This document shows positions 1 through 13,600 of a stretch of 64,000 nucleotides of DNA, piece after piece. Where the stretch lies: assembly GCA_043228905.1 (NCBI GenBank), contig JBHGNT010000013.1:20584001-20648000 (forward strand), given 5' to 3'. The first letter of the stretch is position 1. Every line of letters starts with the position of its first letter. A model generated the notes under the pieces. It was given only the letters and a program-made list of their open reading frames with translations. It had not been told where the DNA came from and did not search any database. This stretch comes from Azolla caroliniana (taxonomy: Eukaryota > Plantae > Polypodiophyta). The translations under genes and the position numbers were made by a program.

Positions 1-3000
1 TCTAAGGTATCTGCTTCATTCAATGCAAAGGTAATATGTAAAGCATAAATTCAATAGTAGAATTTAATATACACATTCTAAACGACTAAGTTTAAGCATA
101 GGTGTGTGAATTTGAGTTTGTCATGTACGAGTATTGTTCACCACAAAATGATGGGTATATACTATATTTGTAGAATCATAATATAACTTTGCACTTTCGA
201 GTGGGTGTAGCTTTTAAAACACAACAACTTCTCGTGGATATTACACATTTTTCTCCTCTCTATCTTATCATACAATAACATGACCAATAATAGAAATCGA
301 CTCTTCTATAAAAATTACATGAAAGCATATTGCGAGGATTTGACCTTATTAATATTTCAGCATACAATTTTACATGTTACTGTAAAATTTGTTGAGATAT
401 TAAGCTCAATCGTCCAATGTGTGTGATCTCATAAGTATTGACGCACATGTGTGGCTCGACTATCCAAAAGATATGTGATCACACAAGTATCGGGTGCACG
501 ACACATGTGTGTATATATAAAATCCCTTGTTATAACGTCGTAACTCCAAGCGATGTAATTAAAGTCCACTCACTCCCTTGTCATAACCTTGTATACTCCA
601 AGTGATATAACTCCCTTGCCATATAGTATTATAAATCATAGTCTGTGTTACTAAAATTGTGATTCCAATAATCTAATGAGAAGGTGAACCTATATAATGC
701 ACCCCTCTCCCATTGTGTATTGTTGGTTAATTATTATTATATTCCCTTTGTTGTATGCATTGTTTCCATGTCCCTCATTCTCATTCTCTCTCTCTCTCTC
801 ACAAATCATCGACAAACGTACATCTCTATCCCGTTGTGTGAGAAGTGCATACGTAGTTCCTTAATTATTTATACAACTTAATATACGTAGTGCATGTTAG
901 TAATACTTGTGACAACTAAATGAGTATTATACTTGCATTCACAAATATGACCTTCACATGAACAAGTTGCATAAAGCAACAATCGAACTAGCAACTAAAT
1001 ATGACCTTCAAATGATTGCAATAGGTAATTGCACAAAACTAGGATCAAACTAGTGATGTTTTTGTTGCAATCCATACACCTGTTTTGAGCGAACTACCAA
1101 ATATCTCTATTAATTAGGCTCCAAAATCTTCCACTTTGCAAAATCCAACCATCCTAGAGGTGAACCAAATATCTCACCCAATAAATGAATAATCACACCT
1201 ACACTATTCTTATTGTCACGTCACCAAAAGAGGAAGAAGAATATTTCATTAAAACAATCAATCCCTCTTTGACGCAACATACAACTACGTGTTGCAATGC
1301 ACTCTCCGAGTGTGCTTGCTCCCTCACCCCCCTTCTCTTGTTTATAACAATGAGTATCGAAGGAGTTGTGTGGAGGCACCTACTGCCATGAATCGATTGT
1401 GCACACCATAGGATCCTTCTCTAAACCAACTCCCACTGTTGCTGAAGGATGACCAATATGATATACATGTGAAACACTTGTTTTTATTCTCATCGTTTGG
1501 AATGACATATCCACATGTGTTGGTCTAAAAGTCAATATCAACACATAATGCCGTGTTCATGTTGAATCATTTCTAATTTGTCTTCTTGATATTTTATTAT
1601 ACATAAGGTATATTGATGAATTGTCTTGTAATTTTGTCATCTTGTTGTATATGTTCCTTGTTCTCTCCCAACTTCATGATAATAAAGAGAGCATTTCCAT
1701 AGCTTAGTAAACCAAGCAAAGGTTTATAGTAATATGAAGGACATCACATGTTTGAGTAATGTATGACCCCAAAAACTCCATGACTATAAATTTTTATGCG
1801 TGAAATTTTTGTGAGGAAAATTTCATTTGGATTGCATTTGGCTTTCAGTTTAATTAAATTCCAACAATATATTTGCTCATAATTCTCATTCAAAATAAGA
1901 AAGAATATAAAACACATGGCAATAACGATAGTTTATTAGATTTTAGCTTAGGTAGCAACTTTTTCAACTTTCAAATCTATGAAGAAAAACATAGAAAGGA
2001 CTATGAATGGTGTATTATTACAATTTACAACAAAATGTTTAAAATCGTAGTTTGTGAAAATATTGTATCACATATTTTGAATTTGATTACCATATGATAT
2101 ATCCCATTATCATGTTATTTGATAATCTATCCATGTTAAAACAATGTTCTTCATGGAGAGATCCATGCACAATATAAGTATTTATTGAACAATAATAAAA
2201 ATAAAAGTCTATATAGAAATATCACATAAGCAATGTATCTAAAATTTGCCATCGTGTTTTTATTAAAGATATCTCGAAAACATAAAGAACATGTGACTAC
2301 AAATTGAGCAATATGCTCATACTCTTTGTAAGAGGCCAAGTACTAAATAATAATGCTCCTTTTATGTTGGAGCTCCAAGCTACTATACAAGATGACCGAA
2401 ATATAACCTTCCAAACCTTCAGGCTTCAAGCGTTTACTTAATTGTGCATTCAATTGAAATCAACGCAACCATGAGAACCAAACTGTTCTAACCAGTTTGT
2501 TTGAGGATTTTTCAAGCTCAAAACAAATGGTTCAAGAGATATTGAGAACTGCTAGCTGTAATTTTGCGATCTACTTTTTGCTCGAATCAAAATATTTTTG
2601 ATCGCACACTCAAATTTTAAGTTTTCAAATGGTTCAAGAGATATTCAGATCTGCTCAGCCGTAAATTTGTGATTTGGTTATTGCTCGAATCCAAATATTT
2701 CTGATCATACACTCAAAATTTAAGTTTTCACTAAAGGGTTCAAAGTTAAAACTTCATAATATATTACATAAATTTTAAAGTTAACTTATATATTTAATAA
2801 ATACTTCAAAAGTGTCCCCCAAGTTGTTAAAGTCATTCATTCCTTAAGTCATTAAACTATTAACTCATCAAGTCTTTTTTCATTTGCCTAACCACTTTGC
2901 TTTCTTGACATCGCAAACAAAAATAGCTATTTTCTGTACTTCATGTTGATTAAATGACTATATGGTTGCCTTGTTAGTTTTCGTCAAGGCGACGATGGCT

Positions 3001-3362
3001 CGGTGGGCGCCATTATTTGAAAGGTCAATGGTCTCGATGAACACAAAGTTTGTGAATCTCACTAACTTTAGGGTCTATGAGTGGAGTCTACAACTTGAAC
3101 CCGACCCGACCCATGTTTTGATGATGGGCCCTTGTGATGTACCCGTCTCGAAAGAGCTTTTGATAATTTGGCAGAACCAAGGCTCTCATGTAAGTATCAA
3201 TACTAATCAAATGATCAAACCCAAGGAAGGCTCTACCCTTTGCTAGATTGACTTAGTAAGTAGCCCCAATCCTCATGAAACGTATGTCGACACACACATA
3301 CACATACACATACGTATACGTACAGACATGCGTATACAATATACGTATACATAGAGAGAGAA

Positions 3363-3364
<2 letters not shown>

Positions 3365-3410
<46 letters not shown>

Positions 3411-3490
3411 ACTATTATTTCCTCGACGAGGAGGGAAGCAGGAAGTAGTAATTCAAAGATACGAGGAGAGAGAGAGAGAGAGAGAGAGAG
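3365..3490. repeat. (CT)n and (GA)n microsatellites, probably in the P4H promoter/5'UTR
   Basis: Long (CT)n at ~3365-3406 and (GA)n at ~3465-3490; donor-like GAAG|GTATGA near 3527 and acceptor TTTTCAG at ~4608 suggest untranslated exons. Confidence 0.6.
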
Positions 3491-4641
3491 GGTTCGCGTC
3501 GAAGGATGCTCTGTTTCACTTCTGAAGGTATGACATTTCTTCCTCCTTTTGTTCCTTTTATCCCAACGTGCAGAATTCCTCTGTCTTCGCCCACTCGAGA
3601 AGAGATGATGAGAAATAGCAACATAGAAAGAAAATATGTATTGACCCAACAAGAGATTGCAACTGTAAGTTTGTCTCAAATGTGAGTAGAATGCAGTGCA
3701 ATGATCTATGATCAGAAATGGTTCAACTATGTGAAATCTACATGTTTCTTTCCAAATACGATTATATGCATCAATATATATGTAGGGAGAGAGAGAGAGA
3801 TGTAACATGTGTACATCTTAAGTCAGTGCAAATTATGAAAATCATACTCTGGTGTAGTATGATTCCCAAATAGGGAAAAAGCTGGAAATACCCCTGAGTT
3901 TTTCTTTATTCATCATAACTCATATAATCCAGCAAAAGGGAATAAATTGACCATATAATTGCTTACTCATATCCTACATGAAATTGAGAAGAAGGGGACA
4001 AGTTGTCTGTATAATGGCTCAAATAGCACATATATATTTCTACAGATGGGGTCAACCAATGGCATTTGGAGAAATAATGGAACTCAAGGGTATTTTCGAC
4101 TTTCTCTCTTCTAGTAATGCTGCTCAAGTTTATGAGATTCCCAAACCACTACAAATTAGTTAAATATCCACAGTACCACAGACGACAGATTTGAGATACA
4201 GAGTCACAGATGCAATGACATGGCCAAAATGGAAATTGAGAAGTTTGTCGGAAACAACAAATCTTGATTCTTATTCTTCTGACTTAATGAAGACATTCAG
4301 CTATCATCATTGATCAATCTGATCGGCTGAAGCATTCATCAATATGTTTTAATTAGAAATTAATTATCGTAATTTTGAAAAGTTACGATTCAAAGTTTCA
4401 AAAAGTTTGAAGACCATAGTTTTAATATTTTTAGCAATTTCTGGAATTTGGGTAATTTCAGTAGAACTTTGGGAATCATGGTAAACTAGAGTGACCTCTT
4501 GGTAAATGTAGTATTAGGGTTCACTTACTTTCATCTCTATATATTTTATACTCTGTATTATTTTTCATCCATTAAATCTTCCCTGATTCAATTTTTGTGA
4601 ATTTTCAGTGCCAAGGGAAGGACATAGATACAGTTATATCA

Positions 4642-7600
4642 ATGACGTTCTTCGCTATGTTTCTGCTTGTTTGGATGGTTTCAGGGAGCTTCATTCAGGC
4701 TTCCTTTATTGATGATTTACCTGGTTGGATGGGAGAAATGTGAGTCTTATCTTGATTCCCATTGAATTTTAGGTCAATTTAGAGATTACCATGGGAGGGA
4801 ACTTTTTAAATGTCTGAACAAAAATGAAACTAAGGTAGCTGATCAAATCGTATGGTTGTGTTCTTTCATGACTTATATAATCTCTGATATTCTCTGACTT
4901 AAACTAGATGGGGAGGATGTGGAGGTCATGGTCACATTTGTAGGCCATATTTCCATCCTTGATTCATGGGGAAGACAATAGAGATTATGATTCTATATGT
5001 ATTACTTATTAGTCACTGTTTTTGGGCCACATTTCACAATGGAGAGGGCAGTTGAGGCAGGTTGATGGAGAGACATGTCTCTTTAGGAGCCTTGGAGAGT
5101 AGATGTAGATGTGCCTATACCTAGTTCAAAGAATCTACACTGAATATTTGCGTGTATGTTTGAAGTCAATTTTTGCTCATAGGAAAAGACCGTGACAAAT
5201 ACATTGGATGCGAAGGTATAGAAGAATAAAGCACAATATGAAAGGTCCAAGAGTTAAAAGATAAATGAAATTGAAGAGAAATACAGTTAGAGGCGTTTTT
5301 CAAAAGTAGAAAAAGCAGAAAAAAAGAAAAAGAAGAAAAACGCAGGAAATTAAGCAGAAAAAGCAAGGTAGAGAAAAAAGTTCATAACTTCTTCATCTCT
5401 TATCCAAATTTCAAAAGAAAATATTTGTAAGAAAGCTGACAAAGAGAGCTTTCTTGTATGACAAATTTGGATGACAAACCAGAAATAATGATATGAAAAA
5501 CGCACCACACAAACTCAAGGATATGTAGAAGAAAAGAAAAGAAAAAGCAAGAATAACGCAACTAAAAACCTATAAGTATGAGGGTCTTCTTAGCAATTGG
5601 GGAGACGAAGGGGGAATAGAATAGTTACAAAGGAGAGGGAAGAGTAGAATATCTAAGTAAGGAGGAAGAATAGAATATCTAAAGGGGAGGATAGATTATC
5701 TACAAGAAGAAGGGAGAAAGAATAAGAGGGTTATAAGAAACTTAGTAGAAGAAAGGGTGAAGAAGGAAATACTTTTTTGTCTAATATTATATTTAAGTAG
5801 TTATTTGGTTTTTGTTACTCTTAGAGTATAAGAGTATTGTATTCTTTTCTTATTAGTATATTGAAGCATTCTTTTTTCCTCCTCCTCTCTTCTCTATCAT
5901 TTTTCTCTATCTCTTCATCAGTATGATATATTGATTTGGATCACATTTGAGCTCTTGTATGTCTTACACACATTTGTGACATAACTCAATGCATTTGTGG
6001 AGATTGAGCTTTAAGCTAAATATAAGGTTGACTCAGTCCTGGGAGACATGATAGTGTATTGGAGACACATCATATATCATGATGACAATAGGGAACACCA
6101 TGTTGGAAGAGACCAGTTGTTATGATATATGTCATGAACAAAGCACTAATCCAATGCAGTTATCAATCTTTGTCTCATAAAAATAATTTAGAAATGACAA
6201 ACACTGTGATGTAGATTACAATAGACTTTTTATCTTCTTAATCAAATGTTTAACTTCTTTTTATTTTATCTCTTTCTCTCTCTCATGAGATAGTTAGAAC
6301 TGAGTTGGGTGCAGCCCCAACAGTCGACAATGAACCTTTTGAAGTTATAATGCATATATGTCAAATCCATTGCTGGTTCTTGCCTCACCTCTTTCTCTTT
6401 GAGATAGCTAGCCCGGAGTCAGCCCCAACAGTCATTAGAGGCACTTTTTGAAGTTATAACTCGTATGTCAAATCTGGGTATTACCTACGCATTGCCATCT
6501 ATTGTTGGTGCTTGTCTCATCCCTACAACTAGCAGAAGAAGGTGAAACCAACTGTTCATAATCACAAATAAAAGTTTGATTCACTGGCATGGCATGAATA
6601 TGGATTCTTTGCCGCCTATAGAGTATACCTGCGTGTATTCAAATTTGGATATGATTAAGTCAAAGCGAAATGTATTGATAAGGAAAGATATCATTAAAGT
6701 GGTTGGATCAATTAAAAAATGCAACTAGGCTCAAAGATAAGCAATTGTCAGTCGTTTATCTTACATCTGTCCCCATATGGTTTCATTTCATTATTAAAGA
6801 CAAGTATATGGAGATACACATGTCACCTACCCTTCACATAACGTTAAAGCAGGTTCAAACATAGAGGGAGCTTCTTGAGGGAGAGTTCAAGACTCATTGA
6901 TCCACCTAGGTAGAGAACTTTGACTTTTTTCGTCAGCATGGAGGCTCCTAGGGACACCCCTCATGGTGTACAATCAAATGTTTTAGCCAACATGGATTAA
7001 TAACTTTTAGCAATCACGGAAACAAGAACCATTTTTTCTTGTGTTGGACTATCATAAAATGTCAATATCGAGATTCAAACCTATAATCTTCAAACAAAAG
7101 TCTTACACTCGTAACCATCACACCAAGTTACGTCATATGATAAATTAAATTTCATATTATGATTATTTAGAGTTACCAGGTCCCCCTTTTGTCCAATATC
7201 TACATTCAAGCTCTCCAAATCACGACATCCACCCCCACCAAACCCGCATATCCTCTGGTATGTGCCAAGAATGGCAGGGCTGAAGGTAGTCGGCCTTCAT
7301 CTTCCTTGCTGCCTATGCCTCACGTTCACTTTATTCCTCCATCTTGACCACACCCATTCTTTCCACCAGCACCATGATCACCATCTTATCCACTAGAGCC
7401 TTCCTTCACACCTTGCACCACCACGAGTGGTTGTCGTGGTCTTGTTCGCTTTTCCTGAGTATAACCCTCCACGCAACAAGGATGTTCCACCTTCATCCAT
7501 GTCGTCCCCTTGGTGATGGCACTTCAACCTTCTTGTTTCCATCAGCCCGCTCTCTTTTTGTGTTTGCTAAGCCCCGTCCAAACATAGACATTGACTACTC

Positions 7601-10600
7601 TTTGCAGCCCCTTCTTCAAGTACATGCTCACATTTAGGCCCTTAGATGCCCACATTATATGTCTCCAGCTTCGTTCATTTTCATGGTATACTCTCTCGTT
7701 AGAGTTGACTACCCTTCTTTTGATCTTTGTACTAGTGTCCACCAAGTTTTGATGTGATTACATCCCGAGCAACACTCCTCAAACTTACCTAAATTGCTTG
7801 GCCCTCTTTGCACATCGTGGTGTTTCCTTCGACCTCTTCTTCCTTTGCTTTGGCTTTTGTCTCCTCGTCACCACCTTCCTTCTCTTGGGTCTTACTTTGG
7901 TTCAGGCGCAACTCTTCAGTGATGGCCCTATCTCTACCAAGCTATCTGTCCTTAATTCACCATTGTCCAAGTCTCTGGAATTGGTGGAGAGGAAATCCCG
8001 ATGCATTCACTGTCTTTCTCCTTTGCCTTGTTGAGTATAGCTACTTCCTGTCGTGGCTTATTGTCCATAGCCGCTTCCTTCTTGACATTGTTGTTTTTGG
8101 CTATCACGTCAAACCTATGGTATTGTACTCATTGACCTCCTTGTGCGCACCTTTGCATGCCACCCCTCTTAGTGGCTCTTCCACTCCTGAGATGACATCC
8201 ATCTCCTTTGTCCTTTCTACCTCACCCTTGGCCGTTACTTTGGCACTTGACAAGGTGGCTTGTTCCACATCTTCCCCCTTGGTACCTTTGTTTTCCTGTA
8301 ATTGGCCCATTGTGTTGGCCTCATCTTTTGTCACCATAGTTGACTAGGAGGTGACTTCCTCCTCTTCCACCCCTTGCCTTAATTCCAACTCTATTATAGC
8401 CTTCTCGTCGATTTCGACTTGCCCCTTTAAGCTTTCGGATGCCTTCCTTGTGCAAGCTGTCACATCAAGTATCGAAGTGCTTTTTCCCATTGAACTCTCT
8501 TCCTTTGATTGTAGTGGGTTGACCCTTCTCGACCTCCTTCACCCTTCCTTGGTGGGCTCTGCCAATGTTGATAAGATTCCTATCTTCCTTCAATCGTGTC
8601 CTCGGTATACTCTTTCCACTTCACATCAATCTTCAGTCAAACCATTTGCCCTGTTGTCATCCTCAAGTTGGACTCTGATAACCATCCTTTCGTTTTGATC
8701 GATGGACCTCACAAACATCAAGACCTTATTCACCCCCACTTGTCTTTGATCCTTCCCCGAGAGTTGAGCAAAACAACACTGCTCTAGGACGTGTGTGGCA
8801 CTCTGATGGGTCTTCGTTGATGCGACCCATAGGTTGAATTCGTACCAGCTACTTTCCCTCATCTCTTCGTAGTCATACTTCTTGAGTTAATGCTTTCTCA
8901 AAATACCCCCAAGAGTTGTGAGCTTCTTGAAGCTTTTTGGCCGCTTCATACACTGGCACGACCACCACCCGACAAAAACATTTGAGCCTCTCTGCCTCAT
9001 TCACATCTCTCTTGGTGCTCTCGAGAGACAATGTGCACATTTGCAGTTCCAAGAGCCACGGACTAAGTTGTGGTTATTTGATACACTTGTCACACCAACT
9101 CTTCTCTATGGAGTAGAAACATGGGGACCGAGTCTTAACAAGGCAAATCATTGGAAAGATTTGGAGAGACCTTTAGTGTCAATGATTGTTCGCATGATAA
9201 GGAGCAAAGCATCGGTGCCCCATGATATATTCTGGGCAGAGATGGGAACAACACCTATAATAACTGAGGCATTGTTCCGATTAGTGACATTTATCCAACG
9301 TCTTTGGGAGCTACCTAAACGAAGGTACCCAAGGTTGGCACTTATGTCATCAAGACAACTGGCTGAAAAGTGAGACACTCATTGTTGGTATGCTGAAATG
9401 CAGCAATGGTTCGAGTCACATGTCATGAGTATAAATGCACTACTGCCGTTCCAATATAGTTTGGACTGTCCCCACCTAAATATGACCAAAGTGGAAAAGA
9501 ATAGAGTGATCCGGACTGATATTATTAACTTGGAAAACAAGATAACATGGATCAGCCCCAAAATACCACTTGGTACAAAGATGGCCCACTATAAGACGCA
9601 CTTCTTACATACATCGGAGGATGGATTCGTCATCAGGCCACCTTATATGGACATACATCTATCTTATGCGCTGCGTAGTGTGATAGGGCAGCTAAGAACT
9701 TCATCACATCAGCTACAGATTGAGGTAGGCAGATATACACGACTACCTCTAGAAGAGAGAATTTGCCAATTGTGTCATGAAGGAGTGGAATCTGAGGAAC
9801 ACTGTGTTTGTCATTGTAGTGTCTTTTATGAATTCAGAGGGAGATACCATTGCCTCTTTAAACAAGGCTTTGGCCCACTACGCAAGGTAATGGAATATGA
9901 AGACCAACAATGCCTAGGACTTTTCTTGCTAGAGCTCAAGAAACATCAGGAAAAGTTGTTGAAGAATACAACCACACAAGCTCATCCACAAAGAACAATC
10001 ACAACTTTCTTTAGCCCCATCACTCCTACTAATCCGACAAGTCCATCACGGGATACACAAATGGGCTCCAGACCAAGACATAACAAAGGGGTTACAATTG
10101 ATCGGGCAATAGCAATTTGCCGTGCACGTAGGCCCCGTCCCCATGAACCACGACCTCGACAACCTTGTCATCAACAGATAAAAGCCATTATCTCCTGCCA
10201 TCGTAGGTGCTTCCCTCTCTTTGGAGACATTTCCATTCTAGATCGACCTATGCTATAGATCTTTCGAAGACAAAAGCTACAATATACCTAACTTGAGAAT
10301 CTCACATGTGCCAAAACCAGATTCCCTCGTTTCTTCTCTTTTCATCTTATTTACTTTTATATCTACTGTGTAGTATTTATTTTATTTTGATTTGTTCTCA
10401 AAGACGAGACAACACTCAAGATGTAATCTCTTATTTGGTCTTATCGGCCATTTTGGCCTCTTAAAAGACGTTAATATATCTTTCTTTCTTTGATTCATCT
10501 CCACATTGTAGGCTTTTAAAAATTTGGGACATTGTCCCTGTTAAAACCTGTTTCGACCACCCTTTCACAGCATGTTGTGCCGTTTCTTGTCTTTCTCTTT

Positions 10601-13600
10601 CTTTCACCAATCCCACCACCGTCCTTGACATCATTTTCGCAAAATCTTCATTGGCCATCGTCATCCACTCTTACCACTCTTTCACATTGGGTTCACCAAA
10701 GATGTCGCATAAACCCGGACGCGCGTGTTACTTGAGCGGGACCAAGGAGGACGTGATGCCTTGCAAGAAGATTCTTCAAGCCGCTTTTTAAGATCTGAAC
10801 GCTAATTTATACAAGAAATCCCTTTATAAAATTAAGGTTTACAAAATATTCAAAGTGATCAAGTACAACCGTGGTAAGTACAAGATGACCGTTAGACTCA
10901 ATCGAGAACACAAGATGGGGAGTGGTCGAGCTTCCGGTGAAGGTGAGTCAAGTGAACTGTGAAGATCGCGACCACTACTGACGGCAACTACACCTCGATG
11001 TCCGAGTAGTGTTCTTGGGCCACTTCGTGTGGGCGAACGAACTGAACCCCTTTCCGTCAAAGCCACCGACACATAATGACGCCCGGTGGTGAAGAAGAAC
11101 ACCCAAAATCCTCTCAAACCAAACCCTCAACTCTCGTGTAAGAAAATTAAGAAGAAGAAGAAAGAATCCTAAACTCTCACAAAGATAAGGAAAAATAAAT
11201 CCTAACTCCCAATTTATCTTTCTGTCAAAGCCACCTACACATACTGACGCCCAATGGTGAAGAAGAACACCCAAAATCCTCTCAAACCAAACCCTCAACT
11301 CCCGAGTAAGAAAAGTAAGAAGAAGAAGAAAGAATCGTAAACTCTCACGAAGATGATGAAAAATAAATCCTAACTCCCAATGTATCTTTCTTTCAAAGCC
11401 ACCTACACATAATGACGCCTAGTGGTGAAGAAGAAGACCCAAAATCCTCTCAAACCAAACCCGCAACTCTTGAGTAAGACAAGTAAGAAGAAGAAGAAAG
11501 AATCCTAAATTCTCACGAAGATGAGGAAAAATAAATCCTAACTCCCAATGTATCTTGAGAAGAAGAAGAAGAATTCTTAATGTGCACTCTCAAAAACCTA
11601 AAATGAGCGAACCAAAATAAGCCCTCTTCTCCTCTTTTTATAGAGAATATGGCTCCTATTTTTTGGCATTAAATGCTTTTCTTCTCTTTTCGCTTCAAAA
11701 ATGCAAAAAAGGAATAATTCCTTAATATGGACTGGTAGAAAATCGAACTCTACACCTCTTGAACATAGTCAATGGCCCTAACCACTAGGCCATTTTCTTT
11801 TCCTTATTATATATATATTTTCATATATGCATATTTATGTTTGTGGTGGCTGTGGTTGGGTCCCCCTTTTGTCCACTTTGTACCTTCGGGCTCTCCACAT
11901 TTTGACACCATATGTAGAGCTACCACTTTTAGCTATATTTGTTTTGGTTTGTTGTTCTCAAAGTCAACTTTTCAAGATGTAATCGTTGGTTCCTTCTCAT
12001 AGGTTGTTTTTTGGAGTTTAATGTCTTTCTTTCTCCCACTCATTCACTTGCCTACAAGCACTTTGGATACATTAATGTTAATGTAAATGTAAATGTATTT
12101 CATATTGCTTTAGGATTATCACCATCCGTGTTTACATGCATCAGAAGTGGCTCAGCGAAGTTGAAGACAAAGGTGAAATCACCATTCCAATTGCTACCAG
12201 ATGGGAGAGAAGCCTTTGACCCAACTAAAGTTGAACAAATTTCTTGGAAACCTAGGTATTTGTATAAGTATAGCTCAAATAATCAGGTCATTGGCATTTT
12301 TCATTTGCTTTATATGTGTGTTGTCTTATTGCAGGGCATTTTTATATAAAGGATTTCTTTCAAATGATGAGTGTGAGCATCTAAAACGTCTGGTGAGCTT
12401 TTGTAACTTTCACATTATTTTTTGCTTAGTTTAAAATTGTTAGCATTGAAAGCTTATTTATAGTCTATACTTCATATCACAGGCAAAGAGCAAACTTGAA
12501 AAATCAATGGTGGCGGATAATGAGTCTGGTAAAAGCATATTAAGTGAAATTCGCACAAGTTCGGGGATGTTTATTGGCAAAGGACAAGTAATATTTCTTC
12601 CTTCGCTTTTTCTAGATTTGTCCTCAATAACAAGAATTTATTTTGACACCGATTCAGCTTATATAATTTAGTGAATTCATGCTATCTGTTTCAAATAAGA
12701 AGAACTTGAAAACAAGAGAGAAAGTGAGAGCAAGGCTAATAAAGAGAGTGAACACTCAGGCATTGTTGTAGAATACTTCATGCATACGATACGCGTAGAA
12801 TACATATGCTAAGTATTCTAATTTGTTTTTTTAAAATAATTTAAAATACTTAGAATATGTGTAGAGTACTTTAACTACGTGTAAAATATGTTAAATACTT
12901 CTTAAAATTTTAAATTTTTGTTAAAAAAATCATTTTTATAATTTTTAAACTTTTTTGAAATGTTAAATATGTAGAATACGTCAAATACTTAGAATACGTA
13001 AAATATGTGAAAAATTATAAAATGGCAGTTCTAAAATGTAGAATACGTGTAGAATATTTCAAAGTATTGTAAAACGTAGAATACACATTTTTTAACAACG
13101 TTGCTCTCAGGTGGGGGCAAATGCATTACTTCTTATGGTCTCTTATTACCTCTTTTATAGCTTGGGCAAAACACTAGGGATATTATATATCACTGTTTTA
13201 CATGTAGGATAAATCCCAACTCTAGTCATATGAGCTTTTATCCCAACAACTTCTTCTCAAAGTGAACGCACCTTAAAGGGAAAACAATGGAGTATATAAT
13301 GTGCAGGCATATGTTAGGGTGAGCAATGACCTACCTCTTATAAGGTCATAGGAGATAGACTAACTTGTGGTAGGAGATTGGCTGGATTATGTTAAGTTGG
13401 TATCCAGAAAAGCTCAACTTGCTTATCCTCAAGCATCCATTGAATGAAGTTGGTACTTCACACAAGTATTCTTGGTCTTTTTATGAAAGACCAGTTTCTA
13501 TGTTATGGCAAGAACTTGTGGCAATTATTGCATACATATGGCTACCAATAGCTGTGCCAGTTTTTGTAATATATGCATCTGAATTAGCATATTGCTGCTT

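Larger units (their letters stand above)
7065..11907 (-). mobile_element. Decayed gag-only Ty3/gypsy derivative (tRNA-Trp PBS) in P4H intron; 5' LTR 10703-11907, diverged/truncated 3' LTR ending at 7227 (left boundary approximate)
   Basis: PBS remnant TCACATTGGGTTCACCA before TGTCGC at 10703; PPT complement TCCACCCCCA after CACGACA (7227). Gag remnants (MANEDFAKM...; KVLMFVRSIDQNERMVIRVQLEDDNRANGLTED) match the gag at 39999-40628. No pol seen. Confidence 0.8.

Noticed and set aside
390-874. Possible Copia solo LTR (TGTTGAG...TATACA); similar remnants near 31020-31300 and 44165-44432
   Set aside because: No matching TSD, PBS or partner LTR found.
3233-3808. 191-aa ORF upstream of P4H
   Set aside because: Translation of microsatellites (RERE, LSLS, VCVC); no protein signal.
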